A stretch of 64,000 nucleotides of DNA. It comes from Alphaproteobacteria bacterium. Lineage in GTDB: Bacteria; Pseudomonadota; Alphaproteobacteria; JAAXGF01. The notes below the pieces were generated by a model. It saw only the letters and a program-made list of their open reading frames with translations, had not been told where the DNA came from and did no database searches. Positions 49,041-59,526 of the stretch are shown piece by piece; position 1 is the stretch's first letter, and each line of letters opens with the position of its first letter. The stretch covers positions 992,001 through 1,056,000 of the forward strand of contig CAUVXB020000002.1 in NCBI GenBank assembly GCA_963555825.3, given 5' to 3'. The position numbers and the translations under genes were made by a program.

Positions 49041-50231
49041 TCAAACGATACCCGATTCGCGGAGCGGGCGGCTCTCGATGACGCGCTGATAGCTCAGGCG
49101 CTTGAGGTCGATGGTGACGAAATAGCCGTCGAGGATAAGCTCGGCCATGGCGCGGCCGACGGCGGGCGCCTGTTGCAGGCCGTGGCCAGAGAAGCCGCAG
49201 GCGACGTAGAAGTTCGCCAGACCGTCGCGGCCCGGCCCGTCGAGTCAGGGGCCGATGATCAGGTTTTCGTCGAGCCGGTTGACGTCGTAGAGGCAGGCCC
49301 AAGCCTGGCCGACCTTGAGCGCCTCGAAGGCGGGCACGCGCTCTGCCAGGATCGGCCAGACCGCCGTGTCGAAATAGTCGTAATCGACCTCGAAATTGGC
49401 CCCGGCGGGCTCGTCGAGGCGGCTGCGGCCGCCCAGATAACCGACGCCCTCGGGCCTGAAGTAGACGCCGCTCGGGTCGATCACCAGCGGCATCGGCTCG
49501 ATCTGGCCACGGATATCGAACCCAAACACCATGCGCCGCACCGGCGCGACCGGCAACGGCATCTCGACCATGGCGCAGATCTCGGCCGACCAGGCGCCGG
49601 CGGCGATAATCAGATTGCCGACGATGCGCTCGGCGCCCGATTTCAGGCGCACGCCGTGAGCCCGCCGCGAGTCCGAGGCGATATCGACGACCTCGTCGGC
49701 GATGTATTCGACGCCGAGCGCGCGCGCCTTGCGGCGGTATCCTTGCAGCGCGCCGTGCGGGTCGAGCCAGCCATCCTCGCGGCCGAACACGCCGGCCTCG
49801 ATACCGGCGAGGTTGAGCGACGGAAAGCGCTCGGCGAGTCCGTCGCGGTCGAACATCTCGACCGGCGCGCCGAGTTCGCGCTGGACGCCGAACGCCGCGA
49901 CCATGTCGGCGAGACCCGTCGCGTCGGCCAGGAACAGATAGCCCTGTTCGCGCAAGTCGACGCGCGCGGGATCGCCGTCGACCGCCATCTCCTCGGCGAA
50001 GTTGCGCCAGATGCCGAGCCCATATTGCGACATCTTGATGTTCTCGGGCAGGCTGAATTGCTGGCGCGTGCCGCCCAGCGAACGCGGCGTCGCGGCAAAC
50101 TCGTACGTCGGGTCGCGCTCGATGACGGTGACCTTGCCGGCCCGGCCGTCACGCGCCAAATGGTAGGCGATCGACGAGCCGATGACGCCGCCGCCGATGA
50201 TCAGAACGTCGTCGAGCAGGTGGCCGGCCAT
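49041..50231 (-). pseudogene. FAD-dependent oxidoreductase (DAO/sarcosine oxidase beta, FOXRED1-like) with in-frame TGA
   Basis: IGGGVIG, RQQFS; TGA at 49245-49247, same frame continues NFYVACGFSGHGLQQAPAVG to a stop at 49041. Confidence 0.85.
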
Positions 50232-50243
50232 GCGCTGACAGCT

Positions 50244-51725
50244 TTAACCGCCTGACGTCGCGTTGCCGAGCGACTCGATCGCGCTCTCGACGGTGGCGTG
50301 ATCGTCGCCGCCCGGCGGCAGCAGCGCGAGCAACCGCCGCCACAGGCCGCGCGCGCCGTCCATATTGCCGCTCTCGGCCTCGGCGCGGCCCAGCAGCCAG
50401 AGCGCCGAAGGGTTCTCGGCGTCGACGGTGGCGAGCTGGCGCAAGACGACGACGGCTTCCATTGGCACGGTGGCGTCCTCGGGCTGCGCCGCCATGATCG
50501 CGGTCACGTAGCTTTGCAGGATGTCCGGGTCGTCGGGCGACAGCGCGGCGGCCTGGGCATAGGCGTCGCGCGACTTCTGCGGCTCGCCCAGCACGCCGTA
50601 TGAGCGCCCGAGCCGCAGCCAACCATCGAGGTCGTCGGGCTCGTCCTCGAGCCGCTCGGCGAGGCGGGCGACCATGCCGCGGATCATCTCGCCCTGGTCG
50701 TCGGCCGACATCCCGGCGGCGGCGGCGATGTCCTCGGCGGTCGGCCCCGGCGGCGGCGCGGATGGCGCTGCCGACGCGGTGGGTGCGGCGGGCGCAGCCG
50801 ACGCGGTGGGTGCGGCGGGCGCAGCCGACGCGGTGGGCGCAGCGGACGTCAGGCCGGCGACATCGACACCGAGCCCAGCGGCGGTCTCGTCGATGCGCTG
50901 GCGCAACACCGGCAACCAGGGCGCCGCCGGGTCGGAATCGCGCAGCAGCGCGAGCCAATCGTCGAGCGCGCCACGCGCATCGCCGACCTGGTGTTTGGCG
51001 AGCGCCAGGTAGAAGCGCGCCGCGGGGTGCCCGGCATCGCGCGCCACGGCATCGTCGAAGGTCGCCTTGGCCTCGGGCGTGACCACGCCATCGGCGGCGA
51101 ATACCAGGAATTCGCCGAGCATCGCCGTCACGCTGGCATCGCCCTCGGCCAGCATCTCGGCATGCTTCAGGGCGATGACCGCTTCGTCGAAACGCTCGAG
51201 CACGCTGTAGGAACGGCCCAGCATGAGCCAGCCGTCGAGGTCGTTGGGCTGCGCCTTGAGGCGTTCGGCGAGCCCGGCGACCATCTGCTCGACGTCGGGC
51301 ACGCCGCCCTCGGGCATGGCCATCGCGGTCGGCGTCGCGGGGCGCTCGCGCGTCGCGATCGGCCGATCGCCGGCGCCCGGCGCGCCGAGCCACAGATAGA
51401 GGCTGCCGGCGACCAGCGGCAGCGCGACGACGACGGCGAAGGCGGTGATCAGATGCGTTGTGTCGGGTGCGCTGGCCTCCGGCGCAGGCTCGGCGGGCGC
51501 CGCGGCGAGCAGGCGGCGTTCGATCTCGAGCCGCGCGCTGTCGCGCTCCTCGGCGCTGATGACACCGCGCTCGAGGTCGACGTCGAGCTCGCGCAGCTGG
51601 TCGCGGTAGACCTCGACGTCATAGTCGGCGCGCGGCGCGACCGCGCGGTGACGGCGCAACAGTGGCACGGCGACGAGCGCCAGGGCCGCGACCGTCATGG
51701 CGCCGAGAGCGATGAACAGCAGCAT
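50244..51725 (-). CDS. ccmI: Cytochrome c-type biogenesis TPR protein CcmI/CycH
   Basis: VYRDQL.E...D.ERG, LYL.LG.P, GW.MLGRSY TPR repeats. Confidence 0.92.
   Translation of the reverse strand: MLLFIALGAMTVAALALVAVPLLRRHRAVAPRADYDVEVYRDQLRELDVDLERGVISAEERDSARLEIERRLLAAAPAEPAPEASAPDTTHLITAFAVVVALPLVAGSLYLWLGAPGAGDRPIATRERPATPTAMAMPEGGVPDVEQMVAGLAERLKAQPNDLDGWLMLGRSYSVLERFDEAVIALKHAEMLAEGDASVTAMLGEFLVFAADGVVTPEAKATFDDAVARDAGHPAARFYLALAKHQVGDARGALDDWLALLRDSDPAAPWLPVLRQRIDETAAGLGVDVAGLTSAAPTASAAPAAPTASAAPAAPTASAAPSAPPPGPTAEDIAAAAGMSADDQGEMIRGMVARLAERLEDEPDDLDGWLRLGRSYGVLGEPQKSRDAYAQAAALSPDDPDILQSYVTAIMAAQPEDATVPMEAVVVLRQLATVDAENPSALWLLGRAEAESGNMDGARGLWRRLLALLPPGGDDHATVESAIESLGNATSGG
50764..50844. 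repeat. 3 x 27-bp in-frame tandem repeat in the ccmI linker
   Basis: ggcgc(t/a)gccgacgcggtggg(t/c)gc(g/a)gcg x3, encodes AAPTASAAP. Confidence 0.9.
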
Positions 51726-51728
51726 ACT

Positions 51729-52002
51729 TCAGCCTGGATTTCTGACCATGGACAGGCGCGTCATCGCGTCGGGCGGAGCCGATCCGCCAGGAGAAGGCCG
51801 CCGAGCGTGGCCTGGGCCACGGTCAAGGCCTTCGACGCCGCGGGCGGCCCGCCCGGCGCGACCCTTAAGGGCGGCGGATATCGGACGACAGGCAGCGTCA
51901 AAGCGCTTGCCCGATGCGATAGCATCGCGCTGCACACTTTTCCTAGCCTGTCGTCCGATATCCGCCGTGCCGCACCTGTCCATGGTCAGAATTCCTGGCT
52001 AG
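51729..52002. repeat. 270-bp structured interspersed element, copy 1 (ccmH/ccmI junction)
   Basis: Terminal IR ttctgaccatggacagg / cctgtccatggtcagaa, internal stem cggcggatatcggacgacaggc / gcctgtcgtccgatatccgccg. Confidence 0.92.
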
Positions 52003-52457
52003 CCGTCGTCGATCAGTGCGTCGAGGCGGCGCCGCTCGTCGGCGGTGAGCGGTCCGGCCGCCGCGGTCCTTTGCCCCTGGCGGCGCAAGTAAACGGCGGC
52101 GCCGGCGGCGCCCAATAGCAAAATCACCGCCGGGCCGAGCCACAGCACATAGGTCGTCGGCTTGAAGGGCGGTTCTAGCAGGACGAAATCGCCGTAGCGC
52201 GACACGACATAGGCGACGATCGCCTCGTCGGTCTCGCCGGCGACCAGCCTTTCACGCACCAGAAGTCGCAGGTCCTTGGCCAGCGTGGCGTTCGATTCGT
52301 CGATCGACTGGTTCTGGCAGACCAGGCAGCGCAGCTCCTTGAAGATGACCCGCGCGCGCGACTCGAGCGCCGTGTCGTCGAGCTGCTCGACGGCGCTGAT
52401 CGCGAAGGCCGGACCGGCGAGCAGGGCGATCAGCAGGGCGGTGGCGAGCGCCCTCAT
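51999..52457 (-). CDS. ccmH: Cytochrome c-type biogenesis protein CcmH/CycL
   Basis: LRCLVCQNQSI, RYGDFVLLEPP. Confidence 0.95.
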   Translation of the reverse strand: MRALATALLIALLAGPAFAISAVEQLDDTALESRARVIFKELRCLVCQNQSIDESNATLAKDLRLLVRERLVAGETDEAIVAYVVSRYGDFVLLEPPFKPTTYVLWLGPAVILLLGAAGAAVYLRRQGQRTAAAGPLTADERRRLDALIDDG

Positions 52458-52990
52458 CCGCGCAGCTCCTCGATCAGCGGCAGGATCGTCTGCTCGAGAT
52501 CCTCGGGCCGGATCGGGCCGATGTGCTTGTAGACGATGCGCCCGCTGCGATCGATGACGAAGGTTTCCGGCAGGCCGTAGACGCCCCAGTCGATGCCGAC
52601 GCGGCCGTCGTGGTCGGCGCCCGAGCGAACGTAGGGATCGCCCATGCGGTCGAGCCAGCGGCGCGCGTCCTCCGGCTTGTCCTTGTAGTTGATGCCGTAG
52701 ACCGGCACCGTGCCGTCCTCGGTCAGGCGGTTGAGCAGCGGGTGCTCGACGCGGCAAGCGACGCACCAAGAGGCGAAGAAGTTGACCAACCGCACCTCGC
52801 CCTCGAGATCGGCGCTGGCGAGGCCGCGCGCGCGGCCCTCGACCGGGCCGAGCGCGAACCTAGGCACGTCTTGGTCGATCAGCACCGAGGGGATCTGGCT
52901 CGGATCGCGCGTCAGGCCGATGCCGAGGCCGACGGCGAGCACGACGAACAGGCTGAGCGGCAGCATGTAGCGCAGTTGGACCGCGCTCAT
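52454..52990 (-). CDS. ccmG: Thiol:disulfide interchange protein CcmG/DsbE
   Basis: FASWCVACRVEHP, YKD, GVYGLPETF. Confidence 0.95.
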   Translation of the reverse strand: MSAVQLRYMLPLSLFVVLAVGLGIGLTRDPSQIPSVLIDQDVPRFALGPVEGRARGLASADLEGEVRLVNFFASWCVACRVEHPLLNRLTEDGTVPVYGINYKDKPEDARRWLDRMGDPYVRSGADHDGRVGIDWGVYGLPETFVIDRSGRIVYKHIGPIRPEDLEQTILPLIEELRG

Positions 52991-52991
52991 G

Positions 52992-54983
52992 TCAGACGGT
53001 TTGCGGCTTGGCGCCGGCGCCCGCCGCGGCGCGCGCGCGGCGCGGCGCGCCGACCCTGAGCCGGCGATCGGTCAGGCTGACCGCGCCGCCGACGACGATC
53101 AGGATGGCGCCGAGCCAGATCCACGGCACCAGCGGGTTATGGTAGATGCGCACGCTCCAGCCGCCCTCGCCGTCGGGATCGCCGATCACCGCGTAGAGGT
53201 CGGCCAGCCAGGTGGTGTGGATCGCCGCCTCGGTGGTCGTCATGTCCTGTGACGGATAGGTGCGCTTCTCGGGGAACAAACGGGCGATCGGCTCGCCGTC
53301 GCGGGTCACCACGAACTCGGCGCGCAGGGCCGAATAGTTCGGCCCGGCAAGGTCGCGCACGCCCTTGAAGGTGAACGTGTAGCCGGCGACCTCGGCCTGC
53401 TCGCCCGGGTGCATCAGCGCGATATGCTCGGTCCGCCAGACCTGCGAGACGATGATCGCGGCAACGACGACGGCGATGGAGGCATGCGCGATGGTCATGC
53501 CATAGGCCGAGCGCGGCAGGTGGCGCGCGCGATTGAAACTCTCCGACAGGGGCGCGCGGAACAGCTTGATGCGCCCGGCGAACTCGATCACGGTGCCGGT
53601 GAACAGCCAGGCCGCGATACCGAGGCCGATCGCCGGCAGCGGCGAGCCGCCGGTGGTCGCCATCCAGCTGCCGACGAACACCACGGCGGTGACGGCGAAG
53701 GCGAGCTTGAGCCGGCCCAACACGCCAGGCAGGTCGGCGCGTTTCCACGACAGGAACGGGCCGATCGCGGCGACCACCAGAAGCGGCATCATCAGGGGCC
53801 CGAAGGTACCGTTGAAGTAGGGCGGCCCGACCGAGACCTTGCCGAGATCGAGCGTGTCGAGCGCCAGCGGGTACATGGTGCCGAGCAGCACCGTCGAGCA
53901 GGCCGCCGTCAACAAGAGGTTGTTGAGCACCAGGCCGCCCTCGCGCGAGATCGGCGCGAACAGGCCGCCGGCCTTGAGCTTCGGCGCGCGGATGGCATAG
54001 AGCGTCAAGGAACCGCCGATGACGATCACCAGGAAGGCCAGGATGAACACGCCGCGTGTCGGGTCGGTCGCGAAAGCGTGCACCGAGGTCAGCACGCCCG
54101 AACGCACCAGGAAGGTGCCGAGCAAGCTGAGCGAGAAGGCGATGATCGCCAACAGGATGGTCCAGCTCTTGAGCGCGTCGCGCTTCTCGGTAACGATCGC
54201 CGAGTGCAGCAGCGCGGTGCCGGCGAGCCACGGCATGAACGAGGCGTTCTCGACCGGGTCCCAGAACCAGAAGCCGCCCCAGCCGAGCTCGTAATAGGCC
54301 CACCAGCTGCCCATCGCGATGCCGAGCGTCAGGAACGACCAGGCGACCAGCGTCCAGGGCCTGACCCAGCGCGCCCAGGCGGCGTCGACGCGGCCCTCGA
54401 TGAGCGCCGCGACGGCGAAGGAAAACGCCATCGAGAAGCCGACGTAGCCGAGGTAGAGGAACGGCGGGTGGAAGGCGAGGCCGGGGTCCTGCAGCAGCGG
54501 GTTGAGATCGCTGCCCTCGAAGGGCGCCGGATCGAGGCGCAGGAACGGGTTCGAGGTAAAGACGGCGAACGCCAGGAAGCCGACCGCGATCCACGCCTGG
54601 ATGGCGAGCACCCGGGCGCGCAGCGTGGGCGGCAGGTTGCCGCCGAAGAGCGCGACCGCCATGCCGAACAGCGCGAGGATCATGGCCCACAAGAGGATCG
54701 AGCCCTCGTGATTGCCCCACACGCCCGAAATCTTGTACATCAGCGGCTTCGCCGAATGGGAGTTCTGGGCGACGTTCATGACGCTGAAGTCGGACACCAC
54801 ATAGGCGTAGGTCAGGCAGCCGAACGAGATGCCGATGAACAGCATCTGGCCGACGCTCGCAGGGCGCGCCACCGCCATCCAGGCGGCGTTGCCGGTCTGC
54901 GCGCCGATCAACGGAAGCGTGCCCTGGACGAGCGCCACCAGGAGCGCGAGTATCAGCGCGTAATGTCCGATTTCGGCGATCAT
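52992..54983 (-). CDS. ccmF: Haem lyase CcmF
   Basis: [45 protein letters not shown]. Confidence 0.97.
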   Translation of the reverse strand: MIAEIGHYALILALLVALVQGTLPLIGAQTGNAAWMAVARPASVGQMLFIGISFGCLTYAYVVSDFSVMNVAQNSHSAKPLMYKISGVWGNHEGSILLWAMILALFGMAVALFGGNLPPTLRARVLAIQAWIAVGFLAFAVFTSNPFLRLDPAPFEGSDLNPLLQDPGLAFHPPFLYLGYVGFSMAFSFAVAALIEGRVDAAWARWVRPWTLVAWSFLTLGIAMGSWWAYYELGWGGFWFWDPVENASFMPWLAGTALLHSAIVTEKRDALKSWTILLAIIAFSLSLLGTFLVRSGVLTSVHAFATDPTRGVFILAFLVIVIGGSLTLYAIRAPKLKAGGLFAPISREGGLVLNNLLLTAACSTVLLGTMYPLALDTLDLGKVSVGPPYFNGTFGPLMMPLLVVAAIGPFLSWKRADLPGVLGRLKLAFAVTAVVFVGSWMATTGGSPLPAIGLGIAAWLFTGTVIEFAGRIKLFRAPLSESFNRARHLPRSAYGMTIAHASIAVVVAAIIVSQVWRTEHIALMHPGEQAEVAGYTFTFKGVRDLAGPNYSALRAEFVVTRDGEPIARLFPEKRTYPSQDMTTTEAAIHTTWLADLYAVIGDPDGEGGWSVRIYHNPLVPWIWLGAILIVVGGAVSLTDRRLRVGAPRRARAAAGAGAKPQTV

Positions 54984-55426
54984 TGTTCGTCGGCGCCTTT
55001 CCACTGGCCGGAGGCCCTGAGCGCGTCGGCGACCTCGGGCGGCATGTAGTTTTCGTCGTGCTTGGCGAGCACCATCTCGGCGGTGAACACGCCATTCGCG
55101 TCGAGATAGCCCTCGGCGACCACGCCCTGGCCCTCGCGGAACAGGTCGGGAAGCACGCCTTTATAGGTGACCGGCACGGTCTTCGACAAGTCGGTCACCC
55201 GAAACGATACCGTGAGACCGTCGGCCAGGCGGGTGACGCTGCCTTCCTCGACCAGGCCGCCGATGCGGAAGCGCCGGCCTTCGGGGATGTCCTTCACGGT
55301 CAGATCGGTCGGGCTGTAGAAGAACACCAGGTTGTCTTCGAAGGCGACCAGCACCAGCCCGGCCGCCGCGCCGAGCAGCACCAGGCCGGTGAGTATGAAT
55401 GTAAGGCGCCGGTGCTTACGCTTCAT
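54980..55426 (-). CDS. ccmE: Haem chaperone CcmE
   Basis: [20 protein letters not shown]. Confidence 0.97.
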   Translation of the reverse strand: MKRKHRRLTFILTGLVLLGAAAGLVLVAFEDNLVFFYSPTDLTVKDIPEGRRFRIGGLVEEGSVTRLADGLTVSFRVTDLSKTVPVTYKGVLPDLFREGQGVVAEGYLDANGVFTAEMVLAKHDENYMPPEVADALRASGQWKGADEQ

Positions 55427-55601
55427 CGCCCGTCCCCGCATCAGCGCGGCGCCGGCGTGTCTCGAGCGCGTCGAGCTCGGCCTGGCGGGCGCGCAAGGCG
55501 CGCAGGCTCGCGACCAGCAACCCGGCCATCACCGCGGCGGCGCAGAGATAGGCCGGCCAGATGAAGGCGCCGTGACCGCCCATCGCGAGATATTCGCCCA
55601 T
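55416..55601 (-). CDS. ccmD: Haem exporter protein CcmD
   Basis: [12 protein letters not shown], one TM and a basic tail, between ccmC and ccmE. Confidence 0.88.
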   Translation of the reverse strand: MGEYLAMGGHGAFIWPAYLCAAAVMAGLLVASLRALRARQAELDALETRRRRADAGTGDEA

Positions 55602-55623
55602 TGTCCCTTGCCCCGTGTCCGCG

Positions 55624-56403
55624 TCAGCCGCCGTCGACGACCGCGGCGCCAGCCCGGCCCGCGTCATGTTCGTCGTGGCGCTGGACCTCGGCGATGTGCA
55701 GCGCGCGCAGCTTACGCGCAACGAGTTCGGCGCGCATGCGCAGGATCAACACCACGACGTAAAATGCCGTGAATCCCGCTGCCATGACCAGCAGCGGCGC
55801 CAGGATCGAGCCGTGGATCGCCGGGCCGTCCATCTTCACCACGCTGGCCGGCTGATGCAGGGTGTTCCACCAGTCGACCGAGAACTTGATGATCGGCACG
55901 TTGACGACGCCGACCAGCGCGAGGATCGCCGCCGCGCGGCCGCCGCGCGACGGGTCGTCGAAGGCGCCGCGCAGCGCCATGTAGCCGAGGTAAAGGAAGA
56001 ACAACACCAGGACCGAGGTAAGCCGCGCATCCCAGACCCACCAGGTGCCCCACATCGGCTTGCCCCAGAGCGAGCCCGTAACCAGCGCGATGAAGGTGAA
56101 ACTCGCGCCGATCGGCGCCGACGCCTGCGCCGCGATGTCGGCCAGCGGATGCTTCCAGATCAGCGCCGAGGCGCTGGCGACGGCCATGCCGGTGTAGACG
56201 AATAGCGCCATCCAGGCGGCCGGCACGTGGATGAACATGATGCGCACCGTCTCGCCCTGCTGGTAGTCGGGCGGTGCGACGAACAGCGCAAGATAAAGGC
56301 CGACGCCGATTAGCGCCGCCGTCGCCCAGGCCGCCCAGGGCAGGATGCGAGCCGAATAGCGCATGAAGCGCGCGGGATTGGCGAGGCGGTGCATGGCGTT
56401 CAT
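55624..56403 (-). CDS. ccmC: Haem exporter protein CcmC
   Basis: HVP, WGKPMWGTWWVWDARLT, WWNTLHQ. Confidence 0.97.
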   Translation of the reverse strand: MNAMHRLANPARFMRYSARILPWAAWATAALIGVGLYLALFVAPPDYQQGETVRIMFIHVPAAWMALFVYTGMAVASASALIWKHPLADIAAQASAPIGASFTFIALVTGSLWGKPMWGTWWVWDARLTSVLVLFFLYLGYMALRGAFDDPSRGGRAAAILALVGVVNVPIIKFSVDWWNTLHQPASVVKMDGPAIHGSILAPLLVMAAGFTAFYVVVLILRMRAELVARKLRALHIAEVQRHDEHDAGRAGAAVVDGG

Positions 56404-56409
56404 CTGAGC

Positions 56410-57075
56410 CTATTCGAGCGCCAGGCGCAACGCCGCCGCGCTCGCCCAAGGGCAGAGCGGCAGCGCGGCGAGCAGCAGGCCGCCAAGGAGCGACAGGTGC
56501 GGCCCCGCCGCCAGTCCGAAGACCGCGGCGTCGATCGCGCCTACCCCGAAGATAAGCACTGGAATGTAGAGCGGCAAGACGAGCAGGCTGACGAGCACGC
56601 CGCCGCGGCGCAGCGACACGGTGAGCGCCGCGCCGATCGCGCCGACCAGGCTCAGCACCGGCGTGCCGAGCAGCATCGCCGCGACGAGTGTGGCGAAGCC
56701 CTCGGCGCTCATGTTCAACAGCACGGCGAGCAGCGGCGCGGCGACGACCAGCGGCAGGCCGGTGGTCAGCCAATGGGCGAGGCATTTGGCGAGCACCGTG
56801 ACCTCGAGCGGCAGGCGGGACATGGCAATCAGCTCGAGGCTGCCGTCGTCGTGGTCATCGCGGAACAGACGGCCGAGCGACAGCATGGCGGCGAGCAGGG
56901 CGGCGACCCAGATTATGCCCGGCGCGATGCGCGCCAGCATGGTCGCCTCGGGCCCGACGCCGAAGGGAAACAGCGTGACGGTCAAGACGAAGAAGACGAT
57001 GACGTTTGCGCTGTCGCCGCCGCGCTTGAGCGCGAGCTTGAGGTCGCGGCGCACCAGCCACCAGAAGCCGTTCAC
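56410..57075 (-). CDS. ccmB: Haem exporter permease CcmB
   Basis: FRDD..DGSLE, AKCLAHW, LPLYIPVLIFG; GTG start overlapping the ccmA stop. Confidence 0.95.
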   Translation of the reverse strand: MNGFWWLVRRDLKLALKRGGDSANVIVFFVLTVTLFPFGVGPEATMLARIAPGIIWVAALLAAMLSLGRLFRDDHDDGSLELIAMSRLPLEVTVLAKCLAHWLTTGLPLVVAAPLLAVLLNMSAEGFATLVAAMLLGTPVLSLVGAIGAALTVSLRRGGVLVSLLVLPLYIPVLIFGVGAIDAAVFGLAAGPHLSLLGGLLLAALPLCPWASAAALRLALE

Positions 57076-57725
57076 GGCGCGGCCCCCTCGATGGCGCCAA
57101 GGTCCAGCGCCGCCGCGTCGGGCACCGCGAGCCCGCCGTGGGTCGCGACGACCGCGAGACCGCCGGCTGCGCGGTGCTCGGCGATCATCGTCTCGATGAT
57201 GGCGACCGAAGCGCCGTCGAGCGTGACCGTCGGCTCGTCGAGCAGCCACAAGGGCGCAGGCGCCGCGACGAGGCGCGCGAGGCCGAGCCGGCGGCGCTGG
57301 CCGGCCGACAGGAGCTGCGCCAGCACGTCGGCCAGATGGTCGATGCCGAGGCGGTCGAGTGCGCGCTTGGCGGCGCCCGTGGCGCCGTCCGGGCTGCCCA
57401 ACAGCCCGGCCCAGAAGGTCAGGTTCTCGGCCACGGTCAGTACCGGTTTGACGGCGTCGAGATGGCCAACATAGCGCAGCCGCGCGTGATGCGCTTCCGG
57501 GTCGTTGGCGACCGGCGCACCGTGCCAGGTGATCGTGCCGGCGGCCGGCGCGAGCAGGCCGGCGAGCAGACGCAATAGGCTCGATTTGCCGCTGCCGTTG
57601 GGCCCGGCCAGCAGCAGCGCGCCGCCCGGCGCGATCGCGAAGTCGACGCCGGCGAAGACGCTGCGCTCGCCGCGTATACAGGCCAAGCCACGTGCCGCGA
57701 GGCCGCTATCGGCGTCCTTAGTCAT
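57072..57725 (-). CDS. ccmA: Haem ABC exporter ATP-binding protein CcmA
   Basis: GPNGSGKSS, YVGH, LSAGQRRR, LWLLDEP. Confidence 0.95.
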   Translation of the reverse strand: MTKDADSGLAARGLACIRGERSVFAGVDFAIAPGGALLLAGPNGSGKSSLLRLLAGLLAPAAGTITWHGAPVANDPEAHHARLRYVGHLDAVKPVLTVAENLTFWAGLLGSPDGATGAAKRALDRLGIDHLADVLAQLLSAGQRRRLGLARLVAAPAPLWLLDEPTVTLDGASVAIIETMIAEHRAAGGLAVVATHGGLAVPDAAALDLGAIEGAAP

Positions 57726-57729
57726 GGCC

Positions 57730-58003
57730 TTAGCCCGGCGTTCTCACTATGGACAGGCGCGTCATCGCGTCGGGCGGAGACGATCCGCCAGAAGAAGGCC
57801 GCGGCGCGTAGCCTGGGCTACGCGCAAGGCCTTCGACGCCGCGGGCGGCCCGCCCGGCGCGACCCGCAGGGCGGCGGATATCGGACGACAGGACGGCGTC
57901 AAAGCGCTTGCCCGATGCGACAGCATCGTGCCGCGCGCTTTTCCTAGCCTGTCGTCCGATATCCGCCGTGCCGCACCTGTCCATAGTGAGAATTCCGGGC
58001 TAG
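57730..58003. repeat. 270-bp structured interspersed element, copy 2 (CoA-ligase/ccmA junction)
   Basis: Terminal IR ttctcactatggacagg / cctgtccatagtgagaa; colinear with copy 1. Confidence 0.92.
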
Positions 58004-59250
58004 GTCAGGTCGCGCTGGTCGTCGATGACCTTGCCGTCATCGGAGAGGCTGCCGGGCGGCACGATCGAGACCCGGCCGCGCAGCTTGCAGACGGCCTGCA
58101 GCGTTTCGATGATGGCGGCGGTGAGGCCATCGGCCGCGCCCGAAACCTCGCAGTGGAGCGTCATGACGTCGCGGCCATCCTCCTGCTCGACGACCAGGCG
58201 GCCCCTGCCGACTTCGGGGTGGCGGGCGAGCACCTGGGCGACCTGCTCGGGGTGGACGAACATGCCCTTGACCTTGGTCGTCTGGTCGGCGCGCCCCATC
58301 CAGCCCTTGATGCGCATGTTGGTGCGCCCGCAGGGGCTCGGCCCCGCGAGCACCGCCGAGAGGTCGCCGGTGGCGAAACGGATAAGCGGGTATTCGGGTG
58401 TAAAGATGGTCACCACGACCTCGCCGACCGCGCCTTCGGCGACTGGCGCGCCGGTGCCCGGCGTGACGATCTCGAGGATCACGCCCTCGTCGACGATCAT
58501 GCCCTCCTTGGCCGGTGATTCGTAGGCGACCAGGCCGAGGTCGGCGATGGCGTAGCACTGCAGGACGTCGATGCCGTAGCCTGCGATCTCGGCGCGCAGG
58601 CTGGGCGGTAGCGCCTCGCCGGAGACCAGTGCCTTGGTAATGCTCGTCAGGTCGAGCCCCGCCTCGCTGCCCCGCTCCAAGAGGACCTTGAGGAACGAGG
58701 GGGTGCCGACATAGGCCTGCGGACGGACGTCGGCTATCGTCTGGAGCTGCTGCTCGGTGTTGCCGACGCCGCCGGGTACGACGGCGCAGCCGAGCGCATG
58801 CGCGGCGCTCTCGAGCATCATGCCGGCTGGCGTCAGGTGGTAGGAGAAGCAGTTGTGCAATATGTCGCCGGCACGGAATCCGGCGGCATGGAGCGCGCGG
58901 GCGAGGCGGAAAAAGTCCGGTCGGTGCGCCGCGGGGTCGTAAATCGGTCCCGGCGAAACGAAGATGTTGGCGAGCGCGCCCGGCGCGACTGCGGCGAGCC
59001 CGCCGAACGGTGGCCGCGCCCGTTGGCGCTCGATCAAGGCAGACTTGCGCGTCACCGGCAGCCGGGCGAGCGCCGCGCGATCGACGACGGCATCGGCGTC
59101 GATATCGGCGAACAATTCGGCGAAGTGCGGCGCCTTGGCCTTGGCGTGGGCGACGTGCGCCGGCAACGCCGCGAACAGCGCGCGCTCGCGCGCCTCGGGA
59201 TCGCGCGTCTCGAGGTCGTCGTAGAACTCGCCGCCCGCGCTCACCGGCAT
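58000..59250 (-). CDS. Phenylacetate-CoA ligase family (PaaK-like) protein
   Basis: SPGPIY, FSYHLTPAG, YVGTPS, SGEA, IRFATGD, GRADQ..KVKG. Confidence 0.9.
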   Translation of the reverse strand: MPVSAGGEFYDDLETRDPEARERALFAALPAHVAHAKAKAPHFAELFADIDADAVVDRAALARLPVTRKSALIERQRARPPFGGLAAVAPGALANIFVSPGPIYDPAAHRPDFFRLARALHAAGFRAGDILHNCFSYHLTPAGMMLESAAHALGCAVVPGGVGNTEQQLQTIADVRPQAYVGTPSFLKVLLERGSEAGLDLTSITKALVSGEALPPSLRAEIAGYGIDVLQCYAIADLGLVAYESPAKEGMIVDEGVILEIVTPGTGAPVAEGAVGEVVVTIFTPEYPLIRFATGDLSAVLAGPSPCGRTNMRIKGWMGRADQTTKVKGMFVHPEQVAQVLARHPEVGRGRLVVEQEDGRDVMTLHCEVSGAADGLTAAIIETLQAVCKLRGRVSIVPPGSLSDDGKVIDDQRDLT

Positions 59251-59523
59251 CAGCCCGGAATTCTCGCCATGGACAGGCGCGTCATCGCGTCGGGCGGTCG
59301 CCGAGCCGCCAGGAGAAGGCCGCCGAGCGTGGCCTGGGCCACGGTCAAGGCCTTCGACGCCGCGGGCGGCCCGCCCGGCGCGACCCGAAGGGCGGCGGAT
59401 ATCGGACGACAGGCGGCGTCAAAGCGTTTGCTCGATGCGACAGCATCGCGCCGCACGCTTTTCCGAGCCTGTCGTCCGATATCCGCCGTGCCGCACCTGT
59501 CCATGGCGAGAATTCCGGGCTAG
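59250..59523. repeat. 270-bp structured interspersed element, copy 3 (ABC ATPase/CoA-ligase junction)
   Basis: Terminal IR agcccggaattctcgccatggacagg / cctgtccatggcgagaattccgggct; colinear with copies 1 and 2. Confidence 0.92.
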
Positions 59524-59526
59524 TTC

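Noticed and set aside
51729-59504. The three 84-aa ORFs as a conserved protein family
   Set aside because: Internal frameshifts change the middle of the peptide between copies; conservation is at the nucleotide-structure level.
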